Below are positions 9,467-17,822 of a DNA stretch of 64,000 bases, piece by piece (within the stretch, counting starts at the first letter, position 1; the number at the start of each line of letters is the position of its first letter). The notes beneath the pieces are model-generated. The model searched no databases and was not told the origin of the DNA. It saw only the letters and a program-made list of their open reading frames with translations. Source of the stretch: an uncultured Oscillospiraceae bacterium (GTDB taxonomy: Bacteria; Bacillota; Clostridia; UMGS1840); contig CAZHZL010000003.1 in NCBI GenBank assembly GCA_964537245.1, positions 559-64,558 on the forward strand. Reading direction: 5' to 3'. A program made the position numbers and the translations under genes.

Positions 9467-9908
9467 ATTTCAGGCTGTAGCCTGCTTTTTCAATTTTATC
9501 AACAAGTCTTATGAACGCTGCCGCGTCTTCTTCACCGATGATATCAACAATATTTTTCGCAAGCTTTAAAGACGCATTGTGAACTTCTAAAAAAATATTC
9601 AGCTTTTCTTCTATACAGCGCACATAGACAATCCTCTTATCCCCGTCGCTTTCACATCTTTCCAGAAGCTCTTTTTTTATAAGGGCATTTACTGTCCTAT
9701 TTACCAAAGATTTTAACATTTTTGTACTTGCAGTAATTTCTTTTATCGAAATTTTTCCCACACCGTCTTCACAGTAACGGTTATAAACCAAAAGCATAAC
9801 AATAGCTTCGTTGTACATAAGACCTTTTGTAATTCTTGTATTTTTTAAAATTCCCGAAAGCTTAACCCATGAATGTATCATTTGCTCCTGCTGTATATTA
9901 TTTATCAT
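9465..9908 (-). CDS. MarR family transcriptional regulator
   Basis: 147 aa with a winged-helix MarR layout (SIKEITASTKMLKSLVNRTVNALIKKELLERCESDGDKRIVYV). RBS GGAGACGG lies upstream. Confidence 0.85.
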   Translation of the reverse strand: MINNIQQEQMIHSWVKLSGILKNTRITKGLMYNEAIVMLLVYNRYCEDGVGKISIKEITASTKMLKSLVNRTVNALIKKELLERCESDGDKRIVYVRCIEEKLNIFLEVHNASLKLAKNIVDIIGEEDAAAFIRLVDKIEKAGYSLK

Positions 9909-9956
9909 TTTCCGTCTCCTTTAAAGCTTTTATCTGATATTATTATAATACAACAT

Positions 9957-9986
9957 TTGTCGGAAAATGTCAAGTACAGTATACTG
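9957..9986 (+). promoter_or_regulatory. Putative promoter of the Mn-catalase gene with an overlapping palindrome (candidate MarR operator)
   Basis: TTGTCG (9957-9962), 17-nt spacer, TATACT (9980-9985). The perfect 10-bp palindrome CAGTATACTG (9977-9986) overlaps the -10 box in the divergent MarR/catalase intergenic region. Confidence 0.45.
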
Positions 9987-10045
9987 CATAAAAATCCACA
10001 ATATGTAAATAATAATATAAGATTAATAAAAAAGGAGTGAACAAA

Positions 10046-10714
10046 ATGTTCAAACATGAAAAACAGCTTTTCCATCCTGTTGCTGTTGAAAGACCTAATC
10101 CGCAATATGCTGCGCTTATGCAGGAGCAGTTAGGCGGTGCAAACGGAGAGCTTAAGGCAGCAATGCAATACATGTCTCAAAGCTTCAGAATCAAAGACCC
10201 TGAAATAAAAGATTTATTTTTGGATATTGCTGCTGAAGAGCTTGGGCATATGGAAATGGTGGCACAGACAATCAATCTTTTAAACGGGCACGATGTAAAT
10301 GCAGGCAATGTACCTGCCGGAGAAATCCAATCACATGTTATTTTAGGACTTAATCCCGGCCTTATAAATGCTTCCGGGTATTCATGGACAGCAGACTATG
10401 TTACCGTAACCGGTGATTTATGTGCAGATCTTCTTGCAAACATAGCCTCCGAACAGCGTGCAAAGGTTGTTTACGAATATCTTTATAGACAGATTGACGA
10501 TAAAAAAGTAAGAGAAACCATCGATTTTCTTCTTAACCGCGAGGAAGCACATAATGCAATGTTCCAAAAAGCATTCAACAAGGTCCAGAACACAGGCTCA
10601 AACAAGGATTTCGGTACGACAAAAGCCGCAAAAATGTATTTCAGCTTGTCCGAGCCGTCTCCTAAGGATTCTCCTTTTCCAAAAGCAGATGTAGAAAAAC
10701 CGGTGTTTCATTAA
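10046..10714 (+). CDS. Manganese catalase (ferritin-like, CotJC/YdbD family)
   Basis: MFKHEKQLFHPV..., GELKAAMQYMSQSF and AAEELGHMEMV motifs of the di-manganese catalase family. RBS AGGAG lies 8 nt before ATG 10046. Confidence 0.85.
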   Translation: MFKHEKQLFHPVAVERPNPQYAALMQEQLGGANGELKAAMQYMSQSFRIKDPEIKDLFLDIAAEELGHMEMVAQTINLLNGHDVNAGNVPAGEIQSHVILGLNPGLINASGYSWTADYVTVTGDLCADLLANIASEQRAKVVYEYLYRQIDDKKVRETIDFLLNREEAHNAMFQKAFNKVQNTGSNKDFGTTKAAKMYFSLSEPSPKDSPFPKADVEKPVFH

Positions 10715-10732
10715 AAATATGCTCTTTTACTG

Positions 10733-10764
10733 AAAAAAGCACCGACATAGTCGATGCTTTTTTT
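10733..10764. terminator. Imperfect hairpin terminator after the catalase gene
   Basis: AAAAAAGCACCGAC-ATAG-TCGATGCTTTTTTT: an 8-bp stem with one mismatch, flanked by an A-run and a T-run. It abuts the 3' end of the tRNA. Confidence 0.5.
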
Positions 10765-10840
10765 GGTCGGAGTGGCGAGATTTGAACTCGCGGCCCCTTG
10801 AACCCCATTCAAGTACTCTACCAAGCTGAGCCACACCCCG
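10764..10840 (-). tRNA. tRNA-Pro (anticodon GGG), CCA encoded
   Basis: The reverse complement is CGGGGTGTGGCTCAGCTTGGTAGAGTACTTGAATGGGGTTCAAGGGGCCGCGAGTTCAAATCTCGCCACTCCGACCA. It folds as a cloverleaf with a 7-bp acceptor stem, anticodon stem CTTGA/TCAAG, loop AT-GGG-GT, and T-arm GCGAGTTCAAATCTCGC. Confidence 0.9.
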
Positions 10841-10872
10841 ATAAACATATTTTAAAATTGCCTTACTAATTT

Positions 10873-10900
10873 ATTATACCATATTTTTTCAATTTGTCAA
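10873..10900 (-). promoter_or_regulatory. Sigma-A promoter of the solitary tRNA-Pro gene
   Basis: On the minus strand: TTGACA (10900-10895), 16-nt spacer, TATAAT (10878-10873), about 30 nt upstream of the mature tRNA 5' end. Confidence 0.55.
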
Positions 10901-10959
10901 TACATATTTTTCACAAAAAAAATATTCCTGTTTTTTACTACTTTTTTTCATGAATAATG

Positions 10960-10988
10960 TTGACAAAATTTCGTAACAATGGTATAAT
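10960..10988 (+). promoter_or_regulatory. Sigma-A promoter of the second MarR gene
   Basis: TTGACA (10960-10965), 17-nt spacer, TATAAT (10983-10988). Confidence 0.6.
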
Positions 10989-11053
10989 CTGAATAAATAT
11001 TCAACAATAATGGTTCAGGCGTTTAATTATACAGAAAAAATTGAGGCTTAAAA

Positions 11054-11500
11054 ATGATTAATAAATTTGATACGTTTATGACATCCATTTCTCATATACA
11101 TAAGAATATAAGAAAAATTAAAGATAAAAAAATGAAGAGCTACTCATTGAAAGGCTCTCATGTTATGTGCTTGTTTTATCTGATGCAAAATCCTGAAGGT
11201 CTTACTATGAGTGAGCTCAATGACCTATGCGTAGAGGATAAAGCGGCTACCTCGAGGACGGTAGCCTATCTGAAAGAAAACGGATATATAAGCCACGAAC
11301 TTAACAAAAACGAAAAAAATTACAATTCGCGCATATATCTCCTGAAAAAAGGGCGCGAGGTTTCGGAAACATTTGAGGATATAATTGCGCCTATTGTAAA
11401 TATCGCAGAAAAAAGCTTTACAAAGGAAGAACAGCTTGTGTTTACAAAGCTACTTGCAAAAGTCGCAGAAAATCTTGGAGAATACGCAAAAACACTTTAA
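11054..11500 (+). CDS. MarR family transcriptional regulator
   Basis: 148 aa with a winged-helix MarR layout (LTMSELNDLCVEDKAATSRTVAYLKENGYI). Confidence 0.85.
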   Translation: MINKFDTFMTSISHIHKNIRKIKDKKMKSYSLKGSHVMCLFYLMQNPEGLTMSELNDLCVEDKAATSRTVAYLKENGYISHELNKNEKNYNSRIYLLKKGREVSETFEDIIAPIVNIAEKSFTKEEQLVFTKLLAKVAENLGEYAKTL

Positions 11501-11531
11501 AAAAATAAGAGGGTTTCCCCTCTTATTTTTA
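11499..11531. terminator. Bidirectional terminator between the MarR gene and hpf
   Basis: AATAAGAGGG-TTTC-CCCTCTTATT: a 10-bp stem flanked by an A-run and a T-run. It overlaps both stop codons. Confidence 0.75.
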
Positions 11532-12065
11532 TTCTGTTTCAATAAGACCGTATTTTCCGTCTTTTCTTTTATAAACAATATCTACATTGTCAGTCTGAGC
11601 GTTTCTGTATGCAAAAAACTCATGACCAAGAAGATTCATCTGCAATATTGCTTCGTCCGAGCTCATAGGCTTTACAGGAACTTTTTTTGTTCTTGCTATT
11701 TCAAATTCGAGTTCTTCCTCTGTATCGTCGACAGGCTCTTCAAAGGAAGCAAAGGTCTCCTCGATTGCCGAGCGTTTAAGAGTTTTTTCTATCTTTGTTT
11801 TATATTTTCTGATTTGTTTTTTCAAATCCTCTATTATTTCGTCCATACCTGCCCAGCAGTCATCGTTGGATTCTTCAACACGGAAAATCGTATTATTATA
11901 AAAAATTGTAAGCTCAAGGATATATGTATCCTTAATCTGCGACGCTGTTACGGTAGCTTTCGCTGTTTCATCAAAGATTTTGTCAAATTTGGAAAGCTTT
12001 GCAGCAAATTTTTCCTTAAAGGTGTCTTTCAGTGTTACTTTTCTTTCAACAAATGTTACGTTCAT
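11529..12065 (-). CDS. hpf: Ribosome hibernation promoting factor, long form
   Basis: N-terminal RaiA/HPF fold (NVTFVERKVTLKDTFKEKF...) and a C-terminal dimerisation domain (PVKPMSSDEAILQMNLLGHEFFAYRN...IVYKRKDGKYGLIE). ATG 12065 is preferred over 12071 on RBS spacing. Confidence 0.9.
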   Translation of the reverse strand: MNVTFVERKVTLKDTFKEKFAAKLSKFDKIFDETAKATVTASQIKDTYILELTIFYNNTIFRVEESNDDCWAGMDEIIEDLKKQIRKYKTKIEKTLKRSAIEETFASFEEPVDDTEEELEFEIARTKKVPVKPMSSDEAILQMNLLGHEFFAYRNAQTDNVDIVYKRKDGKYGLIETE

Positions 12066-12157
12066 ATTCATGTCTCCTTTTCTCCTCTCAGACTCTTCAA
12101 AGCCTGAATCCGAAGAATCCGAAAGCTTATTTGAAGATATTTATCCTCTTCAAGCTT

Positions 12158-12187
12158 ATTATACTATATAATATCAGTACTTGTCAA
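12158..12187 (-). promoter_or_regulatory. Putative sigma-A promoter of hpf
   Basis: On the minus strand: TTGACA (12187-12182), 18-nt spacer, TATAAT (12163-12158). Confidence 0.5.
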
Positions 12188-12261
12188 CACTTTTCACAAA
12201 AAAATAATATTTCATTTTTATTTCTTGTCTACATTACACAATTTTTTTCTACAAAATCTAC

Positions 12262-12295
12262 AAAAAAAGTGCTGTTAAAAAATTTTCAACAGCAC
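12262..12295 (-). terminator. Rho-independent terminator after the S4-domain gene
   Basis: Minus strand: GTGCTGTT-loop-AACAGCAC followed by TTTTTTT (stem arms at 12269-12276 and 12288-12295 in plus coordinates). Confidence 0.7.
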
Positions 12296-12302
12296 CATTA
12301 AA

Positions 12303-12545
12303 TCAATTTATTTGTCTGTACAAAGTAATTGCATCGTCCTTGCGGACAACCTCTTTTACCTCAAGAACTTCTACCTTTATTGTCCTTGTTCCAAAGGTAA
12401 GTGTAAGAACATCGCCCGCCTTAACCTCGCTTGAGGGTTTGGCAACCTTATCATTTATAAGCACCTTACCGCCTTCGCACGCTTCCTGTGCAACTGTTCT
12501 TCTTTTAATAATTCTTGATACCTTAAGGTATTTATCAATTCTCAT
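12303..12545 (-). CDS. RNA-binding S4 domain protein (YabO/Hsp15-like)
   Basis: MRIDKYLKVSRIIKRRTVAQEACEGGKVLINDKVAKPSSEVKAGD is a typical S4 domain. The internal ATG 12545 is chosen because the longer ORF overlaps the upstream gene. Confidence 0.8.
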   Translation of the reverse strand: MRIDKYLKVSRIIKRRTVAQEACEGGKVLINDKVAKPSSEVKAGDVLTLTFGTRTIKVEVLEVKEVVRKDDAITLYRQIN

Positions 12546-12558
12546 ATCATCATTCCTT

Positions 12559-14418
12559 TTACTTAGCAGCTTCGCAGTCATTATAGTCCGGCTTGTAGGT
12601 ATCAACAATCTGAGAAATGAGTTCTTTTATATGTTTTTTATCAGGATTGTTGAAAGCCTCTTCAAGTTTTTTCAGACTTACCTTCAATTCTTCAAAATCA
12701 GCAAAAATCGGTTTTCCGATAAAGATTTTTGAATTTTCTGTATTTTTAAGACCCTCCTCATCCATAAGGAGTTCCTCGTAGAGCTTTTCTCCCGGACGGA
12801 GACCTGTGATTTCTATTTTTATATCAACATCAGGCTCATAACCCGATAATTTTATAAGCTTCTGCGCAAGATGGTAAATTTTAACCGGCTTACCCATATC
12901 AAGAACGAAGATTTCTCCTCCCTGTGCAAAGGCTGACGCCTGCAGTACAAGCTGAGAAGCTTCAGGTATTGTCATAAAAAATCTTGTAATATCCTTATGT
13001 GTTACGGTAACAGGTCCTCCGTTTGCAATCTGCTTTTTAAAAAGCGGAATAACAGACCCGTTTGAGCCAAGTACATTACCGAATCTTACAGCAACAAATT
13101 CAGTATCCGAAACAGTCTGGAAGGATTGTACTATCATCTCGCATATTCTTTTTGTAGCCCCCATAACATTAGTCGGATTAACTGCTTTGTCAGTTGAAAT
13201 AAGAGTAAAGGTATTAACCTTATATTTATCAGCACATTTTGCAACATTATAAGTACCAAAAACATTGTTCTTTATAGCTTCATCAGGAGAAAATTCCATC
13301 AGTGGAACATGCTTATGGGCAGCTGCATGATAAACCATATCCGGCTTATAGGTTTCAAATATAAGCTCCAGCTTTTCATAATCACGCACCGAAGCTATAA
13401 CAACATCAAGCTTCATCTCGGGATAAGTTCTTCTGAGTTCATTCTGAATATCATATGCATTGTTTTCATAAATATCAAGAATAACAAGCTTTCCGGGATT
13501 ATATTTTGCAATCTGACGGCAAAGCTCTGAACCTATTGAGCCGCCCCCACCGGTAACGAGAACGGTTTTTCCTGTAAGTATTTCAGAAAGCTGTTTATTA
13601 TCAAGCTTTATTGAATCTCTCTCCAATAAATCCTCAATATTAACATCGCGGACCGCATTCATCACATTCGTTTTGTTAATACTGTCTTTTAATATTTCAT
13701 CATAGCTCGGAAGCACCTGCACCTTGCAGTTTGTTTCACTGCAGAGCGTAACAAGCTTCTGAAGTTCAGAAGTCATCAATGACGGAATCGCAATTATAAT
13801 ATTGGTAACGCTGTATTTTTCGCAAACCTTAACAATATCTTTTCTTGTACCTAAAACCTTAACACCGTTAATACGGTTACCAACCTTTTCTTCACTGTCA
13901 TCGATATAACCGACAACATTATAATTAAGGCTTTTACTTATCTGAGTTTCTTCAAAAATCATTCTGCCAGCACTTCCGGCACCGACTACAAGAAGATTTC
14001 CCTTAACAGAGTTTCTGTTGTGTACTCTGAGATAATTTGTGTAATACTTTATGCACATTCTGAAAAAAATAGATGCCCAGATTGTAATCATTATAGCAAT
14101 AAAGTAATATGCACCGTCAGCAATCGGAATATGAAGAAAAGACGCAATCGGTGGAACAAGAAATAGTGTTAAAAAGCCAACACCTGCCAGCTTAAACGAT
14201 TCATTCGCATTACTGTATTTTAAAATATTTTCATAACGCCTGAATATAAACATAAGTGATATATGCACAACAATTGTGAGTAAAATAAGCCTTCTTCCCA
14301 AAAAGCTGTGCTTATTCCCCCAAAAAACAACAGGAAGAATCGAATACGAAAATATTATAAACAAAATATCAAAAAGAACAAGCGCATACCTTTTGTACTT
14401 TTTTAATAACGACATCAT
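12559..14418 (-). CDS. Membrane-anchored polysaccharide biosynthesis protein, CapD/PglF/WbpM-like NDP-sugar 4,6-dehydratase
   Basis: 619 aa with N-terminal TM helices, two Rossmann regions (LLVVGAGSAGR; VLVTGGGGSIGSEL) and a short-chain dehydratase core. Confidence 0.85.
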   Translation of the reverse strand: MMSLLKKYKRYALVLFDILFIIFSYSILPVVFWGNKHSFLGRRLILLTIVVHISLMFIFRRYENILKYSNANESFKLAGVGFLTLFLVPPIASFLHIPIADGAYYFIAIMITIWASIFFRMCIKYYTNYLRVHNRNSVKGNLLVVGAGSAGRMIFEETQISKSLNYNVVGYIDDSEEKVGNRINGVKVLGTRKDIVKVCEKYSVTNIIIAIPSLMTSELQKLVTLCSETNCKVQVLPSYDEILKDSINKTNVMNAVRDVNIEDLLERDSIKLDNKQLSEILTGKTVLVTGGGGSIGSELCRQIAKYNPGKLVILDIYENNAYDIQNELRRTYPEMKLDVVIASVRDYEKLELIFETYKPDMVYHAAAHKHVPLMEFSPDEAIKNNVFGTYNVAKCADKYKVNTFTLISTDKAVNPTNVMGATKRICEMIVQSFQTVSDTEFVAVRFGNVLGSNGSVIPLFKKQIANGGPVTVTHKDITRFFMTIPEASQLVLQASAFAQGGEIFVLDMGKPVKIYHLAQKLIKLSGYEPDVDIKIEITGLRPGEKLYEELLMDEEGLKNTENSKIFIGKPIFADFEELKVSLKKLEEAFNNPDKKHIKELISQIVDTYKPDYNDCEAAK

Positions 14419-14653
14419 TTGTAACCTCCACGCTATCCCAATCGGACTGCATTAATTATTTTATATTTATAATGCCCAAACTTCTCCTACCCTACATAAT
14501 ACACCTTTTTTATAAAAAAGTCAAGTATTTTTGAATTTTATTGAAAAAGCTATCAATTTAATTAAAAAAATACGATTTTTTATTCATAATTCACATATTA
14601 TTTTAACAAAAATGACAAAAAAAGATAAATTCTCTTTTTTTTAAAAAATAGAC

Positions 14654-14682
14654 TTGTTTTTTTCTTTATTATATTGTATAAT
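14654..14682 (+). promoter_or_regulatory. Putative extended -10 promoter of metK
   Basis: TTGTTT (14654-14659), 17-nt spacer ending in TG, TATAAT (14677-14682). Confidence 0.45.
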
Positions 14683-14755
14683 ATAATGTAATAGGTTTAT
14701 ACACCTGTTATTTTGATATAATGTTCTAAATACATTTGAAAGGAATATGATATAT

Positions 14756-15916
14756 ATGGCAAAACATTTTTTCACTTCAGAATCAGTAACAGAAGGACAT
14801 CCGGATAAAATCTGCGACCAGATTTCCGATTCGGTCCTTGATACTATACTTTCTATGGATCCCGGCGCAAGAGTAGCATGCGAAACTACATGTACAACAG
14901 GAATTATCTCCGTAATGGGAGAAATATCAACAAGCTGTTATGTTGATATTCCTAAAATTGCAAGGCAGGTTGTTTTAGATATCGGGTATGACAGAGCAAA
15001 ATACGGTTTTGACGGAAACACCTGTGCAGTTGTTACTTCAATTGATGAGCAATCCTGTGATATAGCTATGGGCGTTGACAAATCAGATGACGATAATTCA
15101 ACAGGTGCAGGAGACCAGGGAATGATGTTCGGCTATGCATGCGATGAAACGCCTGAGCTTATGCCTCTTCCGATTTCACTTGCGCACAAGCTTGCAAAAA
15201 AGCTTACTGAAGTAAGAAAAAACGGAACTCTCAGCTATCTGCGTCCTGACGGAAAAAGCCAGGTAACTGTGGAATATGACGGTAATGAAATAAAAAGAGT
15301 TGACACAGTTGTTATTTCAACGCAGCATGGTCCTGATATTTCTTTAGAACAGCTCAGAGAAGATATCAAAAAATATGTAATATACGAAATTATTCCGAAA
15401 GACCTTATGGACGAAAACACAAAATTCTTCATAAATCCAACAGGAAGATTTGTTATAGGCGGACCTCAGGGAGACAGCGGTCTTACCGGAAGAAAAATAA
15501 TTGTTGATACATACGGCGGATATTCCCGTCACGGCGGCGGTGCTTTTTCAGGAAAAGACCCTACAAAAGTTGACAGAAGTGCAGCTTATGCAGCAAGATA
15601 TGTTGCAAAAAACATCGTTGCTTCAAAAATTGCTTCAAAATGCGAGGTTCAGCTTGCATACGCTATCGGTATAGCAAAGCCGGTTTCTGTAATGGTTGAC
15701 ACATTTTCAACAGGAATTATCCCTGACGAAAAAATAGAAGAAATCGTAAGCAAGCTGTTTGACTTAAGACCGGAAGCCATAATAAAAGAGCTTGATTTAA
15801 GAAAACCTATATACCGCAAGCTTGCGGCTTACGGTCATATGGGAAGAGAAGACCTTGATGTAAACTGGGAAAAAACAGACAAAGCTGATTTAATAGCAGA
15901 AATGGCAAAAAAATAA
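14756..15916 (+). CDS. metK: S-adenosylmethionine synthetase
   Basis: Motifs [24 protein letters not shown] and [19 protein letters not shown] 14756 lies 10 nt after the RBS AAGGA. Confidence 0.95.
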   Translation: MAKHFFTSESVTEGHPDKICDQISDSVLDTILSMDPGARVACETTCTTGIISVMGEISTSCYVDIPKIARQVVLDIGYDRAKYGFDGNTCAVVTSIDEQSCDIAMGVDKSDDDNSTGAGDQGMMFGYACDETPELMPLPISLAHKLAKKLTEVRKNGTLSYLRPDGKSQVTVEYDGNEIKRVDTVVISTQHGPDISLEQLREDIKKYVIYEIIPKDLMDENTKFFINPTGRFVIGGPQGDSGLTGRKIIVDTYGGYSRHGGGAFSGKDPTKVDRSAAYAARYVAKNIVASKIASKCEVQLAYAIGIAKPVSVMVDTFSTGIIPDEKIEEIVSKLFDLRPEAIIKELDLRKPIYRKLAAYGHMGREDLDVNWEKTDKADLIAEMAKK

Positions 15917-15917
15917 G

Positions 15918-17822
15918 ATGATTGCAGAATTAAAAAATGTCGATGTATATTTCGGTGCAACGGCTGTACTCGAAAACATTAATTTTAAAATTGAAGACAG
16001 AGACAGAATTGGACTTATCGGCGTCAACGGTGCCGGGAAGTCCACTCTTCTTAATATTATCACAAAAGAGCTTGACGCTACAAATGGTGAAGTTATTCAT
16101 GCAAAAAAGACAATAGGCTATTTAAAGCAAAACAGTGATTTTGTTTCCGAGCTTTCGGTGGGAGAGGTTTTGAGGAATGTATTTTCAGAGCTTTTAAAGC
16201 TTGAAAAAGAGCTTAATGAGCTTTATGAAAAAATTTCGGTTTGTGCTCAGGACAGCGAAGAATATAAAGCTCTTCATTCGCGATATGCACAGCTTCAGAC
16301 CCGTTTTGAACAGCAGGACGGATATAATATAAATGTAAAAATCGATACTGTCCGTACAGGTATGGGATTTTCACAGATTGACTGTGACCGCAGAGTTTCT
16401 TCCCTTTCAGGCGGAGAAAAAACCCGACTTGCACTCGCTTCCCTTCTTCTTTCGGAGCCTCAGCTTCTTATTTTAGATGAGCCGACAAACCATCTCGATT
16501 TTAAAACGCTGCAATGGCTTGAGGATTATCTTGTGTCGTATAAGGGAGCAATACTTATGGTATCCCATGACAGATATTTTCTTGATAAATGTGTAAACGA
16601 AATTGCTGAAGTTTTTAAGGGAACCTTAAAAAGATACAAAGGAAATTACAGCGAATTTGTTGTGACAAAAGCCACAAACCTTGCCACAATGGAAAAGGAA
16701 TATGAAAAACAGCAGAATGAAATTGCAGCGCTAAAGGATTATATAGCAAGAAACGGCGTCAGAGCTTCAACTGCCAAAAGTGCAAAGAGCAGGCAGAATA
16801 CTCTTGATAAAATGGAAATTTTAGAGAAGCCGTCTGATTATACCAAAACAATCAAGCTTAAGTTTGATTATAAAACTGAGCCTGTAAAGGATATACTTGA
16901 TGTAAAGAATCTCTCCTTAAAAATCGGAGGAAACACACTTTTCGAAAATATAAACCTCCATATTATGCGAGGCGAAAAAATTGCTATTGTCGGCGAAAAC
17001 GGAATCGGCAAATCAACATTTTTAAAAGCAATTTTAGGACTTTGCGAACAGCAATCGGGCGAGATAAAATGGGGCGGTAATGTAAAAAAATCTTATTTTG
17101 AACAGGAGACTTCACTTCTTGACGGCAAAAAAAGTGTTATTGAAGAAATTCACGACCGCTATCCTCTTATGTATGAACAGCAGATAAGAGATATTTTAGG
17201 AAAAGTATTAATCAGAAACGAGGAAATATACAAATCCACAGAGGTTTTATCCGGCGGTGAAAAAGCAAAAGTAAAATTCACGCTTATGATGCTTGAAAAA
17301 GGTAATGTTCTTGTATTGGACGAACCTACCAATCATCTTGATTTATCTGCAAAAGAAGTTCTTGACGACGCGCTCAAGGATTTTTCAGGTACCGTTATAA
17401 TGGTATCGCACGACAGATATCTCTTGAACAAGGTTCCGACAAAAATCATGGAAATGAAAAAGAACGAAATAACCTTTTATGACGGAAACTACGATTACTA
17501 TGTTGAAAAGAAAAAAATATATGACCTGGATCGTCAGCTTCAGAAAAAAGAACAAAAGCAGGAAACTGAGAACAAAAATAAATTCTACCGTTCAAAAGAG
17601 GAACGCGCAAGAAACGCAAAGAGACTTTCCGAGCTGAAAAACACAGAGAAAAAAATCGAAGAAACAGAGCTTCTTATCCAAAAAACCGAAGAAGAAATTG
17701 CAAATCCTGAAAATTCTTCTGATTTTACATTACTGAATGAAAAATGTGAATACCTTGAAAAACTGAAAACAGAGCTTGATGAGCTTTATGAAAACTGGGA
17801 GGCGCTTTCGTCAGATGAGTGA
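15918..17822 (+). CDS. ABC-F family ATPase (translation-factor type, no membrane domain)
   Basis: Two Walker A motifs (GVNGAGKST, GENGIGKST), two LSGGE signatures, an inter-domain linker and a C-terminal charged coiled-coil tail. Confidence 0.9.
   Translation: MIAELKNVDVYFGATAVLENINFKIEDRDRIGLIGVNGAGKSTLLNIITKELDATNGEVIHAKKTIGYLKQNSDFVSELSVGEVLRNVFSELLKLEKELNELYEKISVCAQDSEEYKALHSRYAQLQTRFEQQDGYNINVKIDTVRTGMGFSQIDCDRRVSSLSGGEKTRLALASLLLSEPQLLILDEPTNHLDFKTLQWLEDYLVSYKGAILMVSHDRYFLDKCVNEIAEVFKGTLKRYKGNYSEFVVTKATNLATMEKEYEKQQNEIAALKDYIARNGVRASTAKSAKSRQNTLDKMEILEKPSDYTKTIKLKFDYKTEPVKDILDVKNLSLKIGGNTLFENINLHIMRGEKIAIVGENGIGKSTFLKAILGLCEQQSGEIKWGGNVKKSYFEQETSLLDGKKSVIEEIHDRYPLMYEQQIRDILGKVLIRNEEIYKSTEVLSGGEKAKVKFTLMMLEKGNVLVLDEPTNHLDLSAKEVLDDALKDFSGTVIMVSHDRYLLNKVPTKIMEMKKNEITFYDGNYDYYVEKKKIYDLDRQLQKKEQKQETENKNKFYRSKEERARNAKRLSELKNTEKKIEETELLIQKTEEEIANPENSSDFTLLNEKCEYLEKLKTELDELYENWEALSSDE

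Noticed and set aside
10715-11053. A genomic island integrated at tRNA-Pro.
   Set aside because: I could find no integrase and no direct repeat of the tRNA 3' end within the window. The flanking genes show no obvious compositional break. I kept it only as a low-interest note.
11436-12107. Long ORFs antisense to well-supported genes: 11436-12107 opposite hpf, 26219-26881 opposite the Gfo/Idh/MocA gene, 51935-52528 opposite the MATE gene, 54523-55119 and 55255-55692 opposite rluD/gpsA, and 61156-61620 opposite the Fe-ADH gene.
   Set aside because: Their translations are low-complexity and rich in F, L, I, S and C, with no recognisable motifs, no RBS and no promoter. They lie entirely within genes whose products show clear conserved motifs. 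They are typical shadow ORFs of AT-rich genomes.
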